DNA of 63,156 nucleotides, the filler included, from Folioceros fuciformis (taxonomy: Eukaryota): NCBI GenBank assembly GCA_049999805.1. It is 5 parts of 5 records of this genome, joined end to end, with 100 filler letters (N's around TTAATTAATTAA, not from the genome) between each part and the next. Parts side by side here need not be neighbours in the genome. Positions count along the whole stretch, not along the records: positions 25,909 to 56,512 come from JBNGIO010005734.1; 4 more parts are not named here. One strand, written 5' to 3'. Shown piece by piece: positions 36,382-50,200 of this stretch. Each line of letters starts with the position of its first letter. The stretch's first letter is position 1. Made by a program: the position numbers and the translations under genes. The notes under the pieces were generated by a model. It was not told where the DNA came from. It was given only the letters and a program-made list of their open reading frames with translations, and made no database searches.

Positions 36382-39300
36382 GCTCTCACAGTTTGCATCA
36401 CGCACCTGCGAACAAAGTGAAGCAACTGCTGACTGCCAGTTTCGAAGTCCAGTGCTGCATCCACATGGCTGCAGGAAAACACAAAACAGCGGAGTGTTAA
36501 CTCAACAGCAGCGGTCTCGGAGAAATTCAAACGTTTCATTGGCTAGACCGAGTACCCTCATGGTTTTCTTTTGTGTGCCGCTCCACGATGGGGAAACTGA
36601 TGCGGGCTCTAGTCCTGGGTAGGAGGTCTCACTTCACACAACGCCTGTGAGAAACGCAGCAGCTACATGGAATTATGTGATTCTCAGATGTGAATTTGTA
36701 CAAAGATGGCGAACGCATGCAGCTGAGGTTGTCCACGAGTTATTCTGTCCACAAGCAGGAAAATCTTTGAATTCGCGTTTTTTTCTCATTACACCTACAA
36801 GTCATAACCGCGTTGCTCTGCAGATTGGTGGGGAGAGTGACAAGCACGAATTCCAAGGGGCGCTCTGTTCACTGGTTCTGGATAGGTGGCTGGGCGTTTG
36901 GGGGACAATTCTGGTCTGGTTGTTTGTGTTCCCCGGACTCCAGCTCCAGCCCTACGGTGAGGCTCAACTAAACTTTGGGGGAACGAAAAGCATTGAACGG
37001 TAACATGTGATGCTGTTGAATGCACCACTGCGTTGAGCATGTAGGTGGAAGGGCAGCCATGAACAAGGTGCCCGGTACGCGATACTGAAGAGCAGCCTGG
37101 GCCTTGGCATCGGGTCCTTGAAGTTGCAGTCGCCCTGTTGTGCGAGACACCTACATATGTGTGCTAAGCAGCCCATCCGCATCCGGTGTGCCCGGACAGA
37201 TGTCCTTGGCCAAATCCTCCACGAGATAGCGTGCGAATGTGGATGAGCTTTCAACCCCAGCTTTTGTGAAGGACGAGGCGGAGCTTTTGGGGTCATGCAA
37301 AAGGCTGCACTCTGGAAGCGTGGAAGACCTAACCTTCACGCATGATAAGAGCTGGATGAATTTTAGTGTAAAACGCTAGGTATCCAAGAAAAAAAAAAAG
37401 CATTCCTGCTCTTTGCAAAGCTTTCTTTTGGTTTGTTTCACTTTAGCCCGGTCCTCGCAAAGCGGGTCCAGTCTGAGTCGGGGTCGGAGTCTGAGTCCGA
37501 TTACGTAGGGCTTGCTTGTTGCAGGCCGTTCTGGTGGCCGGGACTTGTCCCGACTGCTGGGTGAAGCCAAGTCCGGTCAAGTCCGTCCTCTGGTTTCCTC
37601 TGGCCTGACATGTGCCCAGCGTGCCGCACATGTGGGCCGTCTGTTCAACGAATAGCATACCACCCAAGACATTGAATCCGCCACGAAATGGTTGCCATGC
37701 TCCATATTCTCCACCTGATTCCAGATATTATATTCATCCAGGGTCCAGCGCCTTCTTCTTCAGGTCGCCAGAATATTTCAGGCCCTTTAAACTACTCCAT
37801 AATCGCTCTGAGCGCGCTCTCGTCTGGTGGCGGCCAGTTTGTGGGCCTGCCCATTTGCGGATACACCAAAACCCTCCACTTGGAAGTGCATTCCTTAATC
37901 AAATCTGATGCCCTGGCCCCCCCCCCGTTCTCTTCGGCATGGAGAGAAAGGAGACGGGCTCACAGGAGGAGATACAGTACAGTGGAGTGTGTGCGCATTC
38001 TGGGGCTAACGTGGAGAGAAGGCAAGTGTGTAACTTCTATTCCGCCACCAGATCTCACTTTCCACAGTCCGTAGGTACCACCACTGCGGCATGCCATACC
38101 CACGACCACGACCATATGGGCCAACATACGGCCGTGTGACCCGTGTATCGTGCTCACCCTTTGTCCGACAAGGTGGGGCACACGGGCGGCTCCAACTATC
38201 TATCTTATTCCACTTGACAGTACGTCTGTTTGAGTTGAGAACGATGATTCTAGTGTCCTTCGTGCTTGCTCCATATCGGGCCCTCGGGGCCCTAAACCTG
38301 AACTGTCTGCAGGGTTGTGTTGTAGCTATGCTTCTGCGACCATCGTGGGGGTCGGGCACCTCGGCGAAGACCGGGGCAGGGAAATGAATCGTCTCGTAAT
38401 TTATGTGGTGGAAATAACTAGGCACCGACGGCCCTTCTAGCACACCGACCTTTTGGACGGAATCAGCCCTAGATGCAGGGATCTGACAAAGGAAATGCCA
38501 AAGAATGGCAAGAGAAGTACTGACACACGCCATGCCATGTGTAGAGAGGGCCAGGTTCTCGAGTTCACCTTCAGACGATCTAACAATGCCCAGTATGTAC
38601 GAGGATGCCAAGGGCACCGTATGGTCATACCAACCAGTACAGAAACGTACGATATGGTACTGAAAGCGTATGTCTGTCTTTCTCTGGAGCAGCACGACTT
38701 GGTGGGAGAGGCGAGGCTGGGGTGCATGCGGTAACCAGCTACACTTGGAGCCAAGTGCCATATGGCATCTGCGTGTTCTTCCTCCTATGTAGCCCAGTAT
38801 GTATGCCGAAATGTGTCCTTGGAATTGGCGATGAGGGAATCTGCAGTATCCTTGGCTTGCAAGTTCACCTCCAGGTAGCCCATGGCCATGTTACCAGGGG
38901 CATCTTTTACTTCACCACTGATGAGATGAGAGTTGTGGCAGCTTCATGATGCCGTCATCGCTGGGTGCAGCTCGAATCCCCACATGGGTCCCTGCTGATG
39001 TAGGCGGAAGCCAAGTGGAACGGAGGTGTGGTTGCTGAGATCAGCGTGGGTCTCTCGACAGGCCCGAGTCACACAGCCGGAATGGGATCACACGCAGCAT
39101 AGCCTACTGTAGCCTCGCCTAGCCTAGACATGTGGGTAAAGGCAGCGTGCTGGCCGAAAGTGGACGGGACAAAGGTGTAGGTGATCTTTGTGCTAGATGA
39201 TGAGAGGCGCTTTTGAAAAGCCTCGAAATGATGTGTGTAAAAAGCTGGGATACCCAGGAGAAAGGAAAGACTGTGCGTGGACAAAAAAATACATCCTCAC

Positions 39301-41625
39301 AGGCCCCGGCACAGGGAGTGGGACACTGTTGCGAAGGCGGAATGCGAGCCAGTGCACACAAGCGGGGGAGATGCCACGTGGATGCCCATGGCAGAGTCTG
39401 GTTGCAGACAGAGCACACAGAAAGGGCGTTCCAGCCGATGAAAAGGCATGACATGGGCACCAAGATCGTTGCGCTCCTGTGTGCGTCCATGTGTTCATCT
39501 GTAGTAGCAGCAGTTATGGAACTTGATCTAGATATAGCCATCCCTCCACGTTGTGCTGTATTGTGTCTCAGGGATTTGCACTAATTGTTGCTACTTTCTG
39601 GCAAGTGCTACTGTAGAGTGGATGAGAGAATCCCTCCCATGTTGTTGGGGTCAGGAAGAGATCAAGCTCGATGTGTGCTGAGGCCTTTGTTTTTTGTGTT
39701 GGGCTCACTTTGTCCTACCGCACTGTGGGAGGCGGGTCACACCCCCACGGTGCCCATCTCGAGGCCTGTCCACCCTCATGAACAGTGTCAGGCTTCCTCC
39801 TAGGGAGGTGGTTTGCTAAATATATATCTGCCGAGCCCTCACCTCCGCAGCAGCACCATCCCACCGACCGGGTACACCAACAGCGTTAGCTAGCTCCCTC
39901 CTCTGCGTATGTACTGTGTTTCTTTCTGCGACAATCTACGTGAAGCTGTGCAACCCAGATGGCACCGCTCGACGAGCATGTCGCAGTTTCGAGCACCCCT
40001 GGGCTCATATCCATGACATGGCACGTTCATCGGTAACAGCACAAGAAGTCTCGCCAACACGCACATCAAAGACATCCAACCCACCTCGTGAATGTCACAG
40101 ATCTTTCCCTCGCCTTGGAGCGGCCGAAAGGGCAGCAGCAGCTCTGGTAGCAAAAATCCCTACCATAATCCTCTGCCTGATCAATTCAAGGAGATGCATT
40201 CTGGGGCGGTCAATTAGCATACGTAAAGGCAAGATCTCATCTAGCTCACATGGTGATGGATTCCAAACCAGCTCTGCTGAGATCGAGGGATGACACGGCT
40301 GGCTGCTTTGGGGATCCGCGCTCTGCCCTGCTACTGGTTCAGAAGGAATCACGATCTCGAGAGATGCTGTCATGTGTAATGTCATGCCATGTGATGCCAT
40401 GGCAGCCGCTGCTTTTGAATTTTTCTCCTTTCCTTTCCCTTCCCTTTCCTACTCGGGAGCAGCTCCAGGACTCGTTCCTCGTGATCACCCAGCTTCCACC
40501 ATTTATCACAGGGTTATGCCCACGACCGTTTCACACACGCACATAGGCTGGTGTATACATACATATGTACAGTACACACAACAGTCTAGCATAAGATCCA
40601 TGTCAGTCGCTTCAGGTGCTCTGGACAGCAACCTCCTTCCAATTCCGATACCCCACGGCAGGCGGCCATTCAATGCGCCCCAGGGGCCCGGGACAACCAC
40701 TGCAAGTAAAAGTCCGCTGCCGCCGCGCCAGGCCATGATCTCCAAGGCCGGGCCACCACCACAACACTGCAGCTCTGGTTCGGCTGCTGTAAATGGGTCC
40801 CTCTGCCGGACACAAATTCCAGCCCCCGAAACAACCAGTGCTAAGATTTGTTAGCAGATTTGTAATCAGGTAGATAGCAGAGTCCCGACGGCGATGGTCT
40901 GCACTACTGGTAGCATGGAGTCCACGGTGCCCCGGCGGAGAAGGTGAGACAAAGTACGCTGCCAGATCTACAAAGACGTCATCCCCAGGCGGCACATGGA
41001 CTAGTTTTTGTAAAGCATCGCCAATACTTTTGTTTTTCCTATGGCAAAGCGAGACATGCTATCGGAAAGGGTCCACTAGCCTTCGATCCACAACTTGCAG
41101 CAGCCCAGTCTCTGACCAGATTCGCAGGCCCTCCAATGGCTTTTCTGCCAAAAGCTACCTGTAGGCCTATTGGCCCAACGGTAAGCGTGGGCATCCCACC
41201 GTCCCCGATTGGGCAGTTTGCCTCGTCAGAGAGGAACTCGTGAGGGACGGAAGTGGATGCACGGGACGTACATACATGTACATGGCCAGAGTTTTCAAGT
41301 TGAAGACATGGATGCGTGTACAATGTACATGTACAGACACAGCAGATGCCAGGGGAGATGCCAGTGGTCACAACAATAGGAAACTGGGAAAGCTGGGAAG
41401 CTGAGAAGCTGGGAATTGAATTCAGGCGGGTAGCAGGTGGATTAGAGAAGGAAGCATTCAATGAAAGATGCAAGTGGCGAGGGTGTAGCTGGTCGTATAA
41501 CCTGTAGGGCCTCCACGTGGCTGGCTTGCAGGCGGTGCAGCGTGCGCATCTTCCAGGGCGAGGCCGAGGCGGACCTGGTTGAATGCCCCCCAAGAATAGA
41601 TGCCCACGGTCCGGTGCAGTCTGGT

Positions 41626-41672
41626 GCGGTCCGGTCCGGTCCGGTCCGGTCCAGTCCAGTCCAGTCCAGTCC
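41626..41672. repeat. Compound (CCGGT)n(CCAGT)n microsatellite
   Basis: Directly visible. Confidence 0.85.
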
Positions 41673-41805
41673 ATTCCGGTCGTGGTCCGGTCAAGAATCG
41701 GGGGATGCAGTACATGTCTGCCATCGCCGGCTTGTTGCAGCTGCCTGCTTCCATCAATAGGATTGATATCGTGTTGGGTTACCGTGACCCAGCTCCAGAC
41801 CTGGT

Positions 41806-41868
41806 CTCAGTCCCAGACCCAGACCCCGACCCCGTCCCAGTCCCAGACCCAGACCCCCAGACCCAGAC
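41806..41868. repeat. Imperfect (CCCAGA/CCCAGT)n hexamer repeat
   Basis: Directly visible. Confidence 0.8.
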
Positions 41869-42418
41869 CGATCTGCACCAGCACAGTAGCCGCAGCAGTG
41901 AGAAGTGCGATTAGGTGGGCGAGCTCCAGGGCTTGGCGGAGCTGCGTTGTCGTTTGCGCTGCCTGCCTCAAGTAGTGCAACTTGAGTCCGCACGCCCGCA
42001 CATTTCCTCTTTCTTCTTTACCAACCAGGCCTGCTGCACACCCTGCAATTCAAGCCAAGCTAGGGTGCCTGCTGCCCAGATCTATTTGCCTGCCTGCACT
42101 GCCTGCACTCCCTGTTCTCTCTTCCCTGCTTTTCCCTTTCCCTGTCTTGTGCTTTCCTGTTCACTCCCTTGTTATATCGTTCCCACCTCCCTTCTCCTCT
42201 TCTCGTTTCCCTGACCGACGCCAGCACCTCCTCCTCCTCCATCCCTTTTCTTCTTCATCCTTCTTCTCCTTGCAGCCACCTTCTTTGGTGGATTCTCCTT
42301 TCCTTCATAATCTGTATTCTCCTTGAATCTCTCGCTGCAGTTCTTGAGCGTTGCTCCCTGGGCAATCGCGATTGTGCATGTCATAGCAGTCGGGCCTTGT
42401 TGAGTGTCGGAATTGACG

Positions 42419-44359
42419 ATGGCGAGCAAGCGGGCGGGGTGGAACGAGGACACGAGCCAGTCGCCGGCGTCGTCGGCGGGGTCGGACGGGCAGGGCCACG
42501 TGCTCGACATGGATGTCACCAGCTGCGAGGAGGAGAGGAAGCCGGCTTGTGGGACAGCGGCACCGGCGAGCAGCGGGAGGAAGGGCGGGCGGGGAGCGGG
42601 CAGAAGGAGGTTCGTGGGAGTGAGGCAGCGTCCGTCGGGGAGATGGGTGGCGGAGATCAAGGACTCTAACCAGAGGATCCGGCTGTGGCTGGGGACGTTT
42701 GACAATGCGGAGGACGCGGCAAGAGCGTACGACGACGCCGCCAGAGCTCTCCGTGGAGCTCATACCAGGACCAATTTCGCACTGGCAGACTCCCCCGGCG
42801 CTCTCCTGCTGCCGTCCAAGGCGGCTGCCAGGATTCTTCTCCAGCGGGTGCAGTCGGCCGCCGCCTCCTCTTGCAACAACAACAACAGCAACAACAACAT
42901 AAACAGCACAAGCAGCATGAGCAACATGAGCAGCATGAGCAACATGAGCAGCCTGAGCAACATGAGCAATGGCAGCAACAGCCTGCACTCGGCCCTGGCC
43001 GGACATGGGCACCACGGGCTGGGAGCCGCTGGCCAGCAGCAGCAGGCAGCATTCAATCTGGGCGAGCAGGCAAGCGGGAGGATGAATTTGGTGAAGCAGT
43101 GCCACGGCCAGGACCGCCCGCATTCCGATTCCGAGGACGACTCGTGCACCAATTACAAGAGTCTGGATTTGGGGAGCCCACAGTCAGTCCTGCTGGAGAA
43201 CCAGGTCCATGGCCAGTCGGGGCCCCGCGGCCTAGCTGGGTACGGGAATTTGGGCAATGCGAGCCCACGGAGAGGGGCAGGCGAGGCGGATATCTACGGT
43301 GCGCTACGGGAGAAGCTGAACAGGGCGGTCAAGGGCTCGACCAGAGCGGAGCCCCCGATGCCGCCCCCTGGACAACCCAATTCCGCTGCCTCTGCTTCCG
43401 CTTCCGCTGCAGCGTCTGCGCATTCCGTGGGGATGTACGTTGCCGAGAGATCGCACAAGTACGCCAACGGCTTCGTGTACGGCGGCAGATCCACGCCCCA
43501 CGGCCAGCAGCAGCAGCAGCGTCCGAACGCTGGGAGCGGACCTGCCGGGTTTGCGGACTGCGGGGGGCCAGGGCTTGGGGACTGCCCGAGCTGCGTCGGC
43601 CCGGGCCAGGAGCTGGAGATGGAGCTGGAAGTGGCTCTGCGCCGGAGCCTGGATCAGGGCAGGCTGGACGGGCCGGGCGTCGGGATTGGGGTTGGCGTGG
43701 GCGTGGGCGTGGGCGTAGGCGTAGGCATGCCCTCCATACAGCGATGCAGTACCGGCTACGACTCCATGCCCCCGGCCCCCTTCCCCGTGTTCGATTCCGG
43801 GAGCCGGGGGCGGAACGTGATGCAGGAGTACATGCTGCGGTGTTTCCAGAGCAGCGCGGCCAGCGCTCAGTCCGGGGCAGGGACCGGGACCGGAGGATCG
43901 GGACCTGTGCTGGCCCCGGCTCCGGCTACCGCCAGCCCTCAGGACTGCAGCGGCGGGAGCTGCGCCGGGATTGCCATCCCGCCGTCGTTCAACGCCTCGC
44001 TCTTCACGGCAGCCCAAGCCGAGCAAGCACACGCGTCCTCGCAGCAGCAGCAGCAAGCAGAGCATTTGCAGGACTTGCAGGAGCACAAGCAACAGACGCA
44101 GCCAGACTTCGATTCCTGCTGCTCCTGCCCCACCGTGCACGACGCCATGTTCGATCAAGCCTCCAGCAGCAACTTCATCCCAGCTATGGCGGACAGCGTG
44201 GCGGCGACGGCGTTTGCAAGCCCATCCTGGAACCTTTCCTATACGCCCAAACTGTCGCACTCCATATCGGCGGAGCTGGGAGAGGCTGGGCAAGACGCCT
44301 TCTGGAGCAGCCTGTGGTCCGATCAACAGGGCCCTCCCGTCTGTGCTGCTGTGGCCTAG
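42419..44359 (+). CDS. Intronless AP2/ERF transcription factor, ERN/RAP2.11-like, 646 aa
   Basis: [64 protein letters not shown] and IPPSFNAS motifs; acidic/Trp C-terminus (AFWSSLW); first ATG at 42419. Confidence 0.92.
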   Translation: MASKRAGWNEDTSQSPASSAGSDGQGHVLDMDVTSCEEERKPACGTAAPASSGRKGGRGAGRRRFVGVRQRPSGRWVAEIKDSNQRIRLWLGTFDNAEDAARAYDDAARALRGAHTRTNFALADSPGALLLPSKAAARILLQRVQSAAASSCNNNNSNNNINSTSSMSNMSSMSNMSSLSNMSNGSNSLHSALAGHGHHGLGAAGQQQQAAFNLGEQASGRMNLVKQCHGQDRPHSDSEDDSCTNYKSLDLGSPQSVLLENQVHGQSGPRGLAGYGNLGNASPRRGAGEADIYGALREKLNRAVKGSTRAEPPMPPPGQPNSAASASASAAASAHSVGMYVAERSHKYANGFVYGGRSTPHGQQQQQRPNAGSGPAGFADCGGPGLGDCPSCVGPGQELEMELEVALRRSLDQGRLDGPGVGIGVGVGVGVGVGVGMPSIQRCSTGYDSMPPAPFPVFDSGSRGRNVMQEYMLRCFQSSAASAQSGAGTGTGGSGPVLAPAPATASPQDCSGGSCAGIAIPPSFNASLFTAAQAEQAHASSQQQQQAEHLQDLQEHKQQTQPDFDSCCSCPTVHDAMFDQASSSNFIPAMADSVAATAFASPSWNLSYTPKLSHSISAELGEAGQDAFWSSLWSDQQGPPVCAAVA

Positions 44360-45626
44360 GCTCATCGACTCCCGCCATAAATTACTTCATAATTCCTGTC
44401 CTTCACGTCTCGTAACTTGAAGGCAGGACAGGGTACCGCAAGGCACGGCACGGCATGGCACGGCTTGACAACACCACCGATCAACAAGCTCTACAACACC
44501 ACCACCAACAACAACTACAACAACCATGCACCAGCAAAGCGCCGGCCTGGCCCTTGAACACATAGGGCCTCGCAGATTCCCAGCTACCGTCCTTCCTTCC
44601 TTCCATCCTTCCACTTCCTTCGATTTCTCCTTAGACTTCTGCTTGAGAGTTTCCTTTTGCATTTCTGACAAGAGGGTTGGCCAGCGGCTTAGGTGATTGA
44701 TCAAGGCCACATAACCTTCACACAAGCTCACAACTAAAACAGTTTTTGGGGTTTTTCTCCTTCATATGTAAATTCGCCGGGTGATTAGTGTAAATCACTC
44801 ACACGAGCTTAGCTCAGGCTCAGGCCTCGATGTATCTATTCTTCCCACCACTCCAATATCAGGCTCCGATTTACTTCCCTTGTACCCATCATTCTTCCTT
44901 CCTACATACATCTACAACCTCCTCCACTCCTCCCTTACTTCGCCTCAGCGTAGGCTTCACCTTCCGAATCGTTTGAGAATCATTTCATTATCTACCGATA
45001 TTCAATACATTACCTACTACATCGCAGCCGGCGCGTATATGGGACACAGTTTTTTTTTGTCAATTGCAATCTTACAGGTCTATCACTCAAATCCGGGTCT
45101 CCTCGGCACATGTATCCATGTTTGCCATTCCTCCCTAATTCGCCATAGCGATGGCGTCCAATCCGGGGGATACAGTGCTCGCGGCACTCCAATTCAGATC
45201 CCCATGTTGCCTCGGATGATCCAAATCATATCCTCCACAGTGGTTTTGCGTTGCGATGATGAAGGCTAGTGATGTCACTGCATTTGGAGCTAACCTGGTT
45301 TTAGGTTATTTCGCGACTATTTACCCGACGTCAGGAGTTATCCAGTTGAGGTGGCCGCGTTGGGAAGGACCGCCGATCTCCACCGAGGACGCGTCACCCG
45401 GCGACGTCCGTGTGCCCTACGCTTATCGGACGCGTCACGCTTTACCTCAACCTTTTCGTGCAAGGCACGCTAGCAGCTCCCATAAGAAGGGGGGCTAGAG
45501 CACCGTCTTCGACAAGTCACTCTTCTGCAGTTCGACCTGCAACACGCACCTGAGAAGACAAGACCTGCGGACGACACTCCTCCTCCTGCTCTCCTGCCAG
45601 CAGCTTAGCTACCTAGGCGCGGCCGT

Positions 45627-45770
45627 GAGCATCCCCTCCTGCTGCTCTGACTGGCAGCCTTACGACCTCGGCACGAGCCTGAGCATCCCGTCCTGCTGCT
45701 CTGACTGGCAGCCTTGTTACCTCGACACGAGCCTAAGCATCCTCCAGCTGCCCTGACCAGCAGCCTACCT
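45627..45770. repeat. 54-bp tandem repeat, about 2.6 copies, upstream of the His-rich gene
   Basis: gagcatcccNtcctgctgctctgactggcagcctt...cacgagcct at 45627 and 45681, degenerate at 45735. Confidence 0.75.
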
Positions 45771-46018
45771 CCCTGGCGAGAGCTTGAACCGCCTGCCACT
45801 TCCCTGGCGAGCCACTTAGCCGCCATCGAGCGAGCTTGGGCGTCACCTCAGTGATAAACCTTTCTTGGTCCCACCTAGATCATCGCCTTAGCCTTACCTT
45901 GATCTCCTCAACTATACCTGAGGAGTGTCCTCCTACCTGGAAATCTAGGACAACGCCTTCGAGCATAGCCACTTGCCATCCGCAAACTTAACTGTCCTTT
46001 GATCTTAGCCGATCCACC

Positions 46019-47202
46019 ATGACTACGGCTATGGCAACCCTTGCTACCACAATCCCCGCTCAGACGNNNNNNNNNNNNNNNNNNNNNNNNNNNNNNNNNN
46101 NNNNNNNNNNNNNNNNNNNNNNNNNNNNNNNNNNNNNNNNNNNNNNNNNNNNNNNNNNNNNNNNNNTGTCGAACTGAGCTTCATCCGCCACCACCTTCAC
46201 CGCCACAGACACGGACCCGGCGGAACCCTCGGCTTGGCTATGAGACATGGCCGCTCTCTGTCCCCGGCCAGGCGTGGTCGCCGTCACCGGGGCATCTCTG
46301 CTCCACCTTCCAACGTTGGCATGCGTCGGTCCGTGTCTCCTCACCCGCTGAGGATGAGGATGCGCCCAGGCATGCACTCTCACCCCCTCCATGCCCTACA
46401 CCACGGCCCTGCTCCTCACCACGGGCCTTCCAACCTCCCGATGTACCGAGGTGGTCATCCTCATCACCGCCATGCCCCGCACCTCAGCCCTGTTCCACAG
46501 CGCGGGCCTATTGACCTGATGATGTTCCGGGGTGATCATCCTTGCGACCGCCACGGCCCGCATCACGGCCATGCTCCTCGCCGCGGCCCCTCCGACCTGA
46601 TGACGCTCCGGGGTGGCCATCCTCACTCCCGCCACGGCCCGCCTCACGGCCATGCTCCTCGCCGCGGCCCCTCCGACCTGATGATGCTCCGGGGTGGCCA
46701 TCCTCACTCCCGCCACGGCCCGCATCACGGCCATGCTCCTTGCTGCGGCCCCTCCGACCTGATAACGGTCAGCGGTGGCCATCCTCACCACCGCCATGGC
46801 CCCCACCACGGCCCTTTCCGTGGCTCACCCGACATGGTGATGCCCGGGGGTCTTCACCCTCACCGCGGCCCTGCCGGCCTCCACCGCCACGGACCTCGCC
46901 GTGGACCCGGCGTCGGTGAAATCCATGCCCACCCGCACTGCACTGGACTTCACCGCGGTCTGGGAAGGGGCATGCAGACTCATCCTGAAGCAGTCCCCAA
47001 GACTAAGCTTCCAGCTGTTGCGGAAGGTGAGAGCTCGGAGCCGGTGGCGCCAATGGGGCACCACCGTGGTCTCCGCCGCCATTTCCATGGCCATCGCCAC
47101 ATGCGTTGTGGAGGGAGAGCTGCTCAGGCTGACACCAGTCCTGAGCAGACTGACCAGGTGGCAGAGGCACCGATTCCTGCTGAACCGACTGAGGAGAACT
47201 AA
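46019..47202 (+). CDS. Orphan His/Arg/Gly/Pro-rich protein with 27-aa tandem repeats; N-terminus interrupted by a gap
   Basis: CCACCATG at 46019 (MTTAMATLATTIPAQT) before the gap; frame open from 46168 to TAA at 47202; 81-bp period keeps the frame; acidic tail. Joining across the gap is inferred. Confidence 0.65.
46447..46850 (+). repeat. 81-bp coding tandem repeat (RGGHPHSRHGPHHGHAPRRGPSDLMML)
   Basis: Units start at 46447, 46528, 46609, 46690, 46771, with degenerate copies on both sides. Confidence 0.9.
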
Positions 47203-50200
47203 TCAGGCATCTGAGAATTCAGAAAAGTGAATCCTTCGACTCCGACGAAAATGCGATGGATGAGCATCAGATCCGCAATACTTTTGGAGTGCATCGGAGC
47301 AAGCACACCACCTACCCGCGTAGCCATAGGATTAGTGTGAAGGGAGAACTGGGAGCTGGCAAAAACCTGTGCCGCCCCTAGCCAGCAACGGTTCCCAGAC
47401 ATTAGCCAGCTACATGTAGCTTGACGAAATGTGCTGTATCTACTAGTGTTTGCTGAAAAATACAAAGAACTTTAAACATTCCTCGGTTGATCCAGTCTGA
47501 TGCCTGCCTCGTCCAGCGACAACTTTATGTGATCAAAATGCTTAACTTCCTTGGTTGATGTGAGAGCTCCTGAACACAGCTAAAAAAGGGAAAATTTTAT
47601 CCTAGTCCCGAGAAACGAGTCGTCCCTGCAGAGAAAAAAGGCCAGCGACAAGAAGCCTTCGTCTTTCAAGGGGGAGACAGAAAAGGCAGTCTTTTGCGGA
47701 GCTTCCCAAAAGAAATGCACCGCCCTTGATACTATCATCGATTCCAGAACAAAACGACCACGCTGGGGATATGACGTGTGAAATGCGCATTGAGCCTTCA
47801 CCATACTTCCACATTTGCACATACTCGTGAATCAGACTGGCTGCTCGCCAATCAAGTCTCAAAATACACTCACAGGAGAGAGAGTGGCAGGATCGTCTGC
47901 GTTGCTGCACTGCATAGTTGCCCCTGCTCCATTGAAAAGATCCCTATTGCATACAGGGTTGGGTTGTGTCCCATTAGGAGCAACCCAAGATCCCCCTAAG
48001 CGCTATCGATCACCGCCTTCACCTACTAGCCTAATGCTCAACCAACCTGTAAGGACATGCAGGAAAATCGATGTGTATACGGCCACCAACACCCAGATAA
48101 CTTGAGCCAGCAAAACCCTTCAGAGAAATTACAAGTGCAGCGGTAGAAGCAGTATGTCTGTTCTCTATTACGAGCAGTAGCAGGGTTTCTGAAGAGGTAC
48201 CTGATTATTCCTTGTCTACACCGGCTCTTACAGAGTGTCTCAACTGAAGTAAAAGCTAAGGGCAAACCGAGTTGGATTGAAGCCCGTCAGAACCGCTGCT
48301 TTCACATCACAAGCACAACGTGCACGTGAGGAAGGGTCAACTCACATCAGGCGGGAGTGTTTACGAAACACTTCAGACTTACACAGTGGGAATAGTAGAA
48401 GGAGAACTCCAATTGGATATACGAAAAACGTGGTTCGTTCCAGAAATGGAAGCACTGCACATCGAATTCGAGTTCGACATCATGATAGCTTGAAGTAAAA
48501 GGAAGACGTGCCAAGGGAGTGGTTGGACAAGGAGCGATAAGGTGCATTACCGTCGTATCCAAGAAAGTTCAGATAGTGATAGTAGGAAAGAGCTGCCAGA
48601 TAGAGTAGGTTGGACAGCAGAACAGAACCAAATGCGCTGGATAGAAGTACGGGGGACAGGAAGTATTGGACAACTGCGAAAAGACAATAGGCTCATCAGA
48701 TTGCAAGTGATGCAAGAGTGAAGGCTGACCAGTTGCGTTCTTGAAGTAAATCATGACAGATCAGAAAGTTACCATAAAGAATCACAAAAACGGGAAAATA
48801 GGCATTGCAATGTATGTCAAACGCATAAAGCCTGTGCGTAAACATTTAAAACAACCATCAGCCCAGCACACAAATCTGACACAGCACATAGCAAGCATCT
48901 CAGCATGGCAGCACAACTGTGAGAAAACAAACATAAACCACAACCAGTCAGCTTAACGAGAGACAAGCTGACCATTCCACCCGTTGTTCTACAACATGAG
49001 TATGTACTGCTTCTTCTCGAAGATAATGATTGGAAAGAAACCTGGCAGACAACATCGCAGAGCAAGCAAACCGGTGAGAAGGATATTGGGGACAAACCAT
49101 AGCACCAAGACCCCACATCTCGGCACAAGGATAATCTCACACAGCCTTGCAAGAAAAGAATGTTCCCAGCTGATGCTGAAATGAGTTAAAACAAAGAATG
49201 TACCAGCAGATGGTAGCCAAGGATGCCCCTGCTAGCAAAAAATGGAAACACACCACAGACAGGATAATGAACCAAGAGCTAGATATACTTTTGGCAAACC
49301 TGAAAGAGTGAGTACCATCAGAAGGTAAGTCCCTTTGGAAGACATGTACACAAATTTGGGCAGCAATTTGTTACGACTGGTTCCATGACTTACGCGGCGC
49401 AATATGCTGACGCAGCTACTGCCAGCAGCACGCAACTAATTACAACAAAGGCAGGATCATCTCGGGCCCACTGATTCTTGGTCTCTGCATAACATTACGA
49501 ATGGCGTTAAACACCTTCAACCGAGTAGAACCGACACGTAGCAAAAGGGTTGCAAAACAGAAGAGTATAGAAAGATAACCAGATAACCTACGTTTGTGAT
49601 ACTTGGTATGCTGATAGCTGAGACAAGTTCAATGGGTCATGCAAATCCACATGGGCCATATTAGACATATACGAGAACACATTGCATACTGCTGCACACT
49701 GATTTAGAGACAGATCTCCCACAGAGGAGGGAAGAAGCACTCACACAACTTTCGGTGACGTGCAAAGGTGCAGCATCTGCCAGAAAGTATACTCAATATC
49801 CATTTGGCGCCACTGTCAGGAGACAACACAGCGGGTCCTGGAAATCAATACCCTCCCACTACATTTGCAGTGATAAAGGCTCACAGAGCCCAGAAGGCCA
49901 AGCTCGCACAGGACAATTAGCAGACGTCCACTGCTTTCACGGCCAAGTCTTCATCAGTACCCACCGAAGAATGGGAGCTGGAATAGAAGTCTCTTCCTCT
50001 TCTTCTGAAGGATAGGTTCTGCATTTCATTGCATTTGCAATGACCTTACTGTTGCCAATTTAGGAAGTTGCAATAACGATGAGGAATAACATACAACTGC
50101 AGCTTTGTAACGTTGGACAACTTCTGTCTCACGTCCAGAGATATGATGTGAGCCTCAAGATTTCTAGGGTTTTCTAAGAGTTGTTCCATGCACATTTTCA

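Noticed and set aside
36400..42400. Conserved plant miRNA precursors (miR156/529, 160, 166, 171, 319, 390, 408)
   Set aside because: No mature sequence match or long hairpin found by eye; a folding scan would be needed to exclude novel ones
42871..44415. 514-aa alternative-frame ORF and 353-aa antisense ORF overlapping the ERF
   Set aside because: Non-ATG start for the long one; high GC3 in the real frame suppresses stops in the shifted and antisense frames; no recognisable domain
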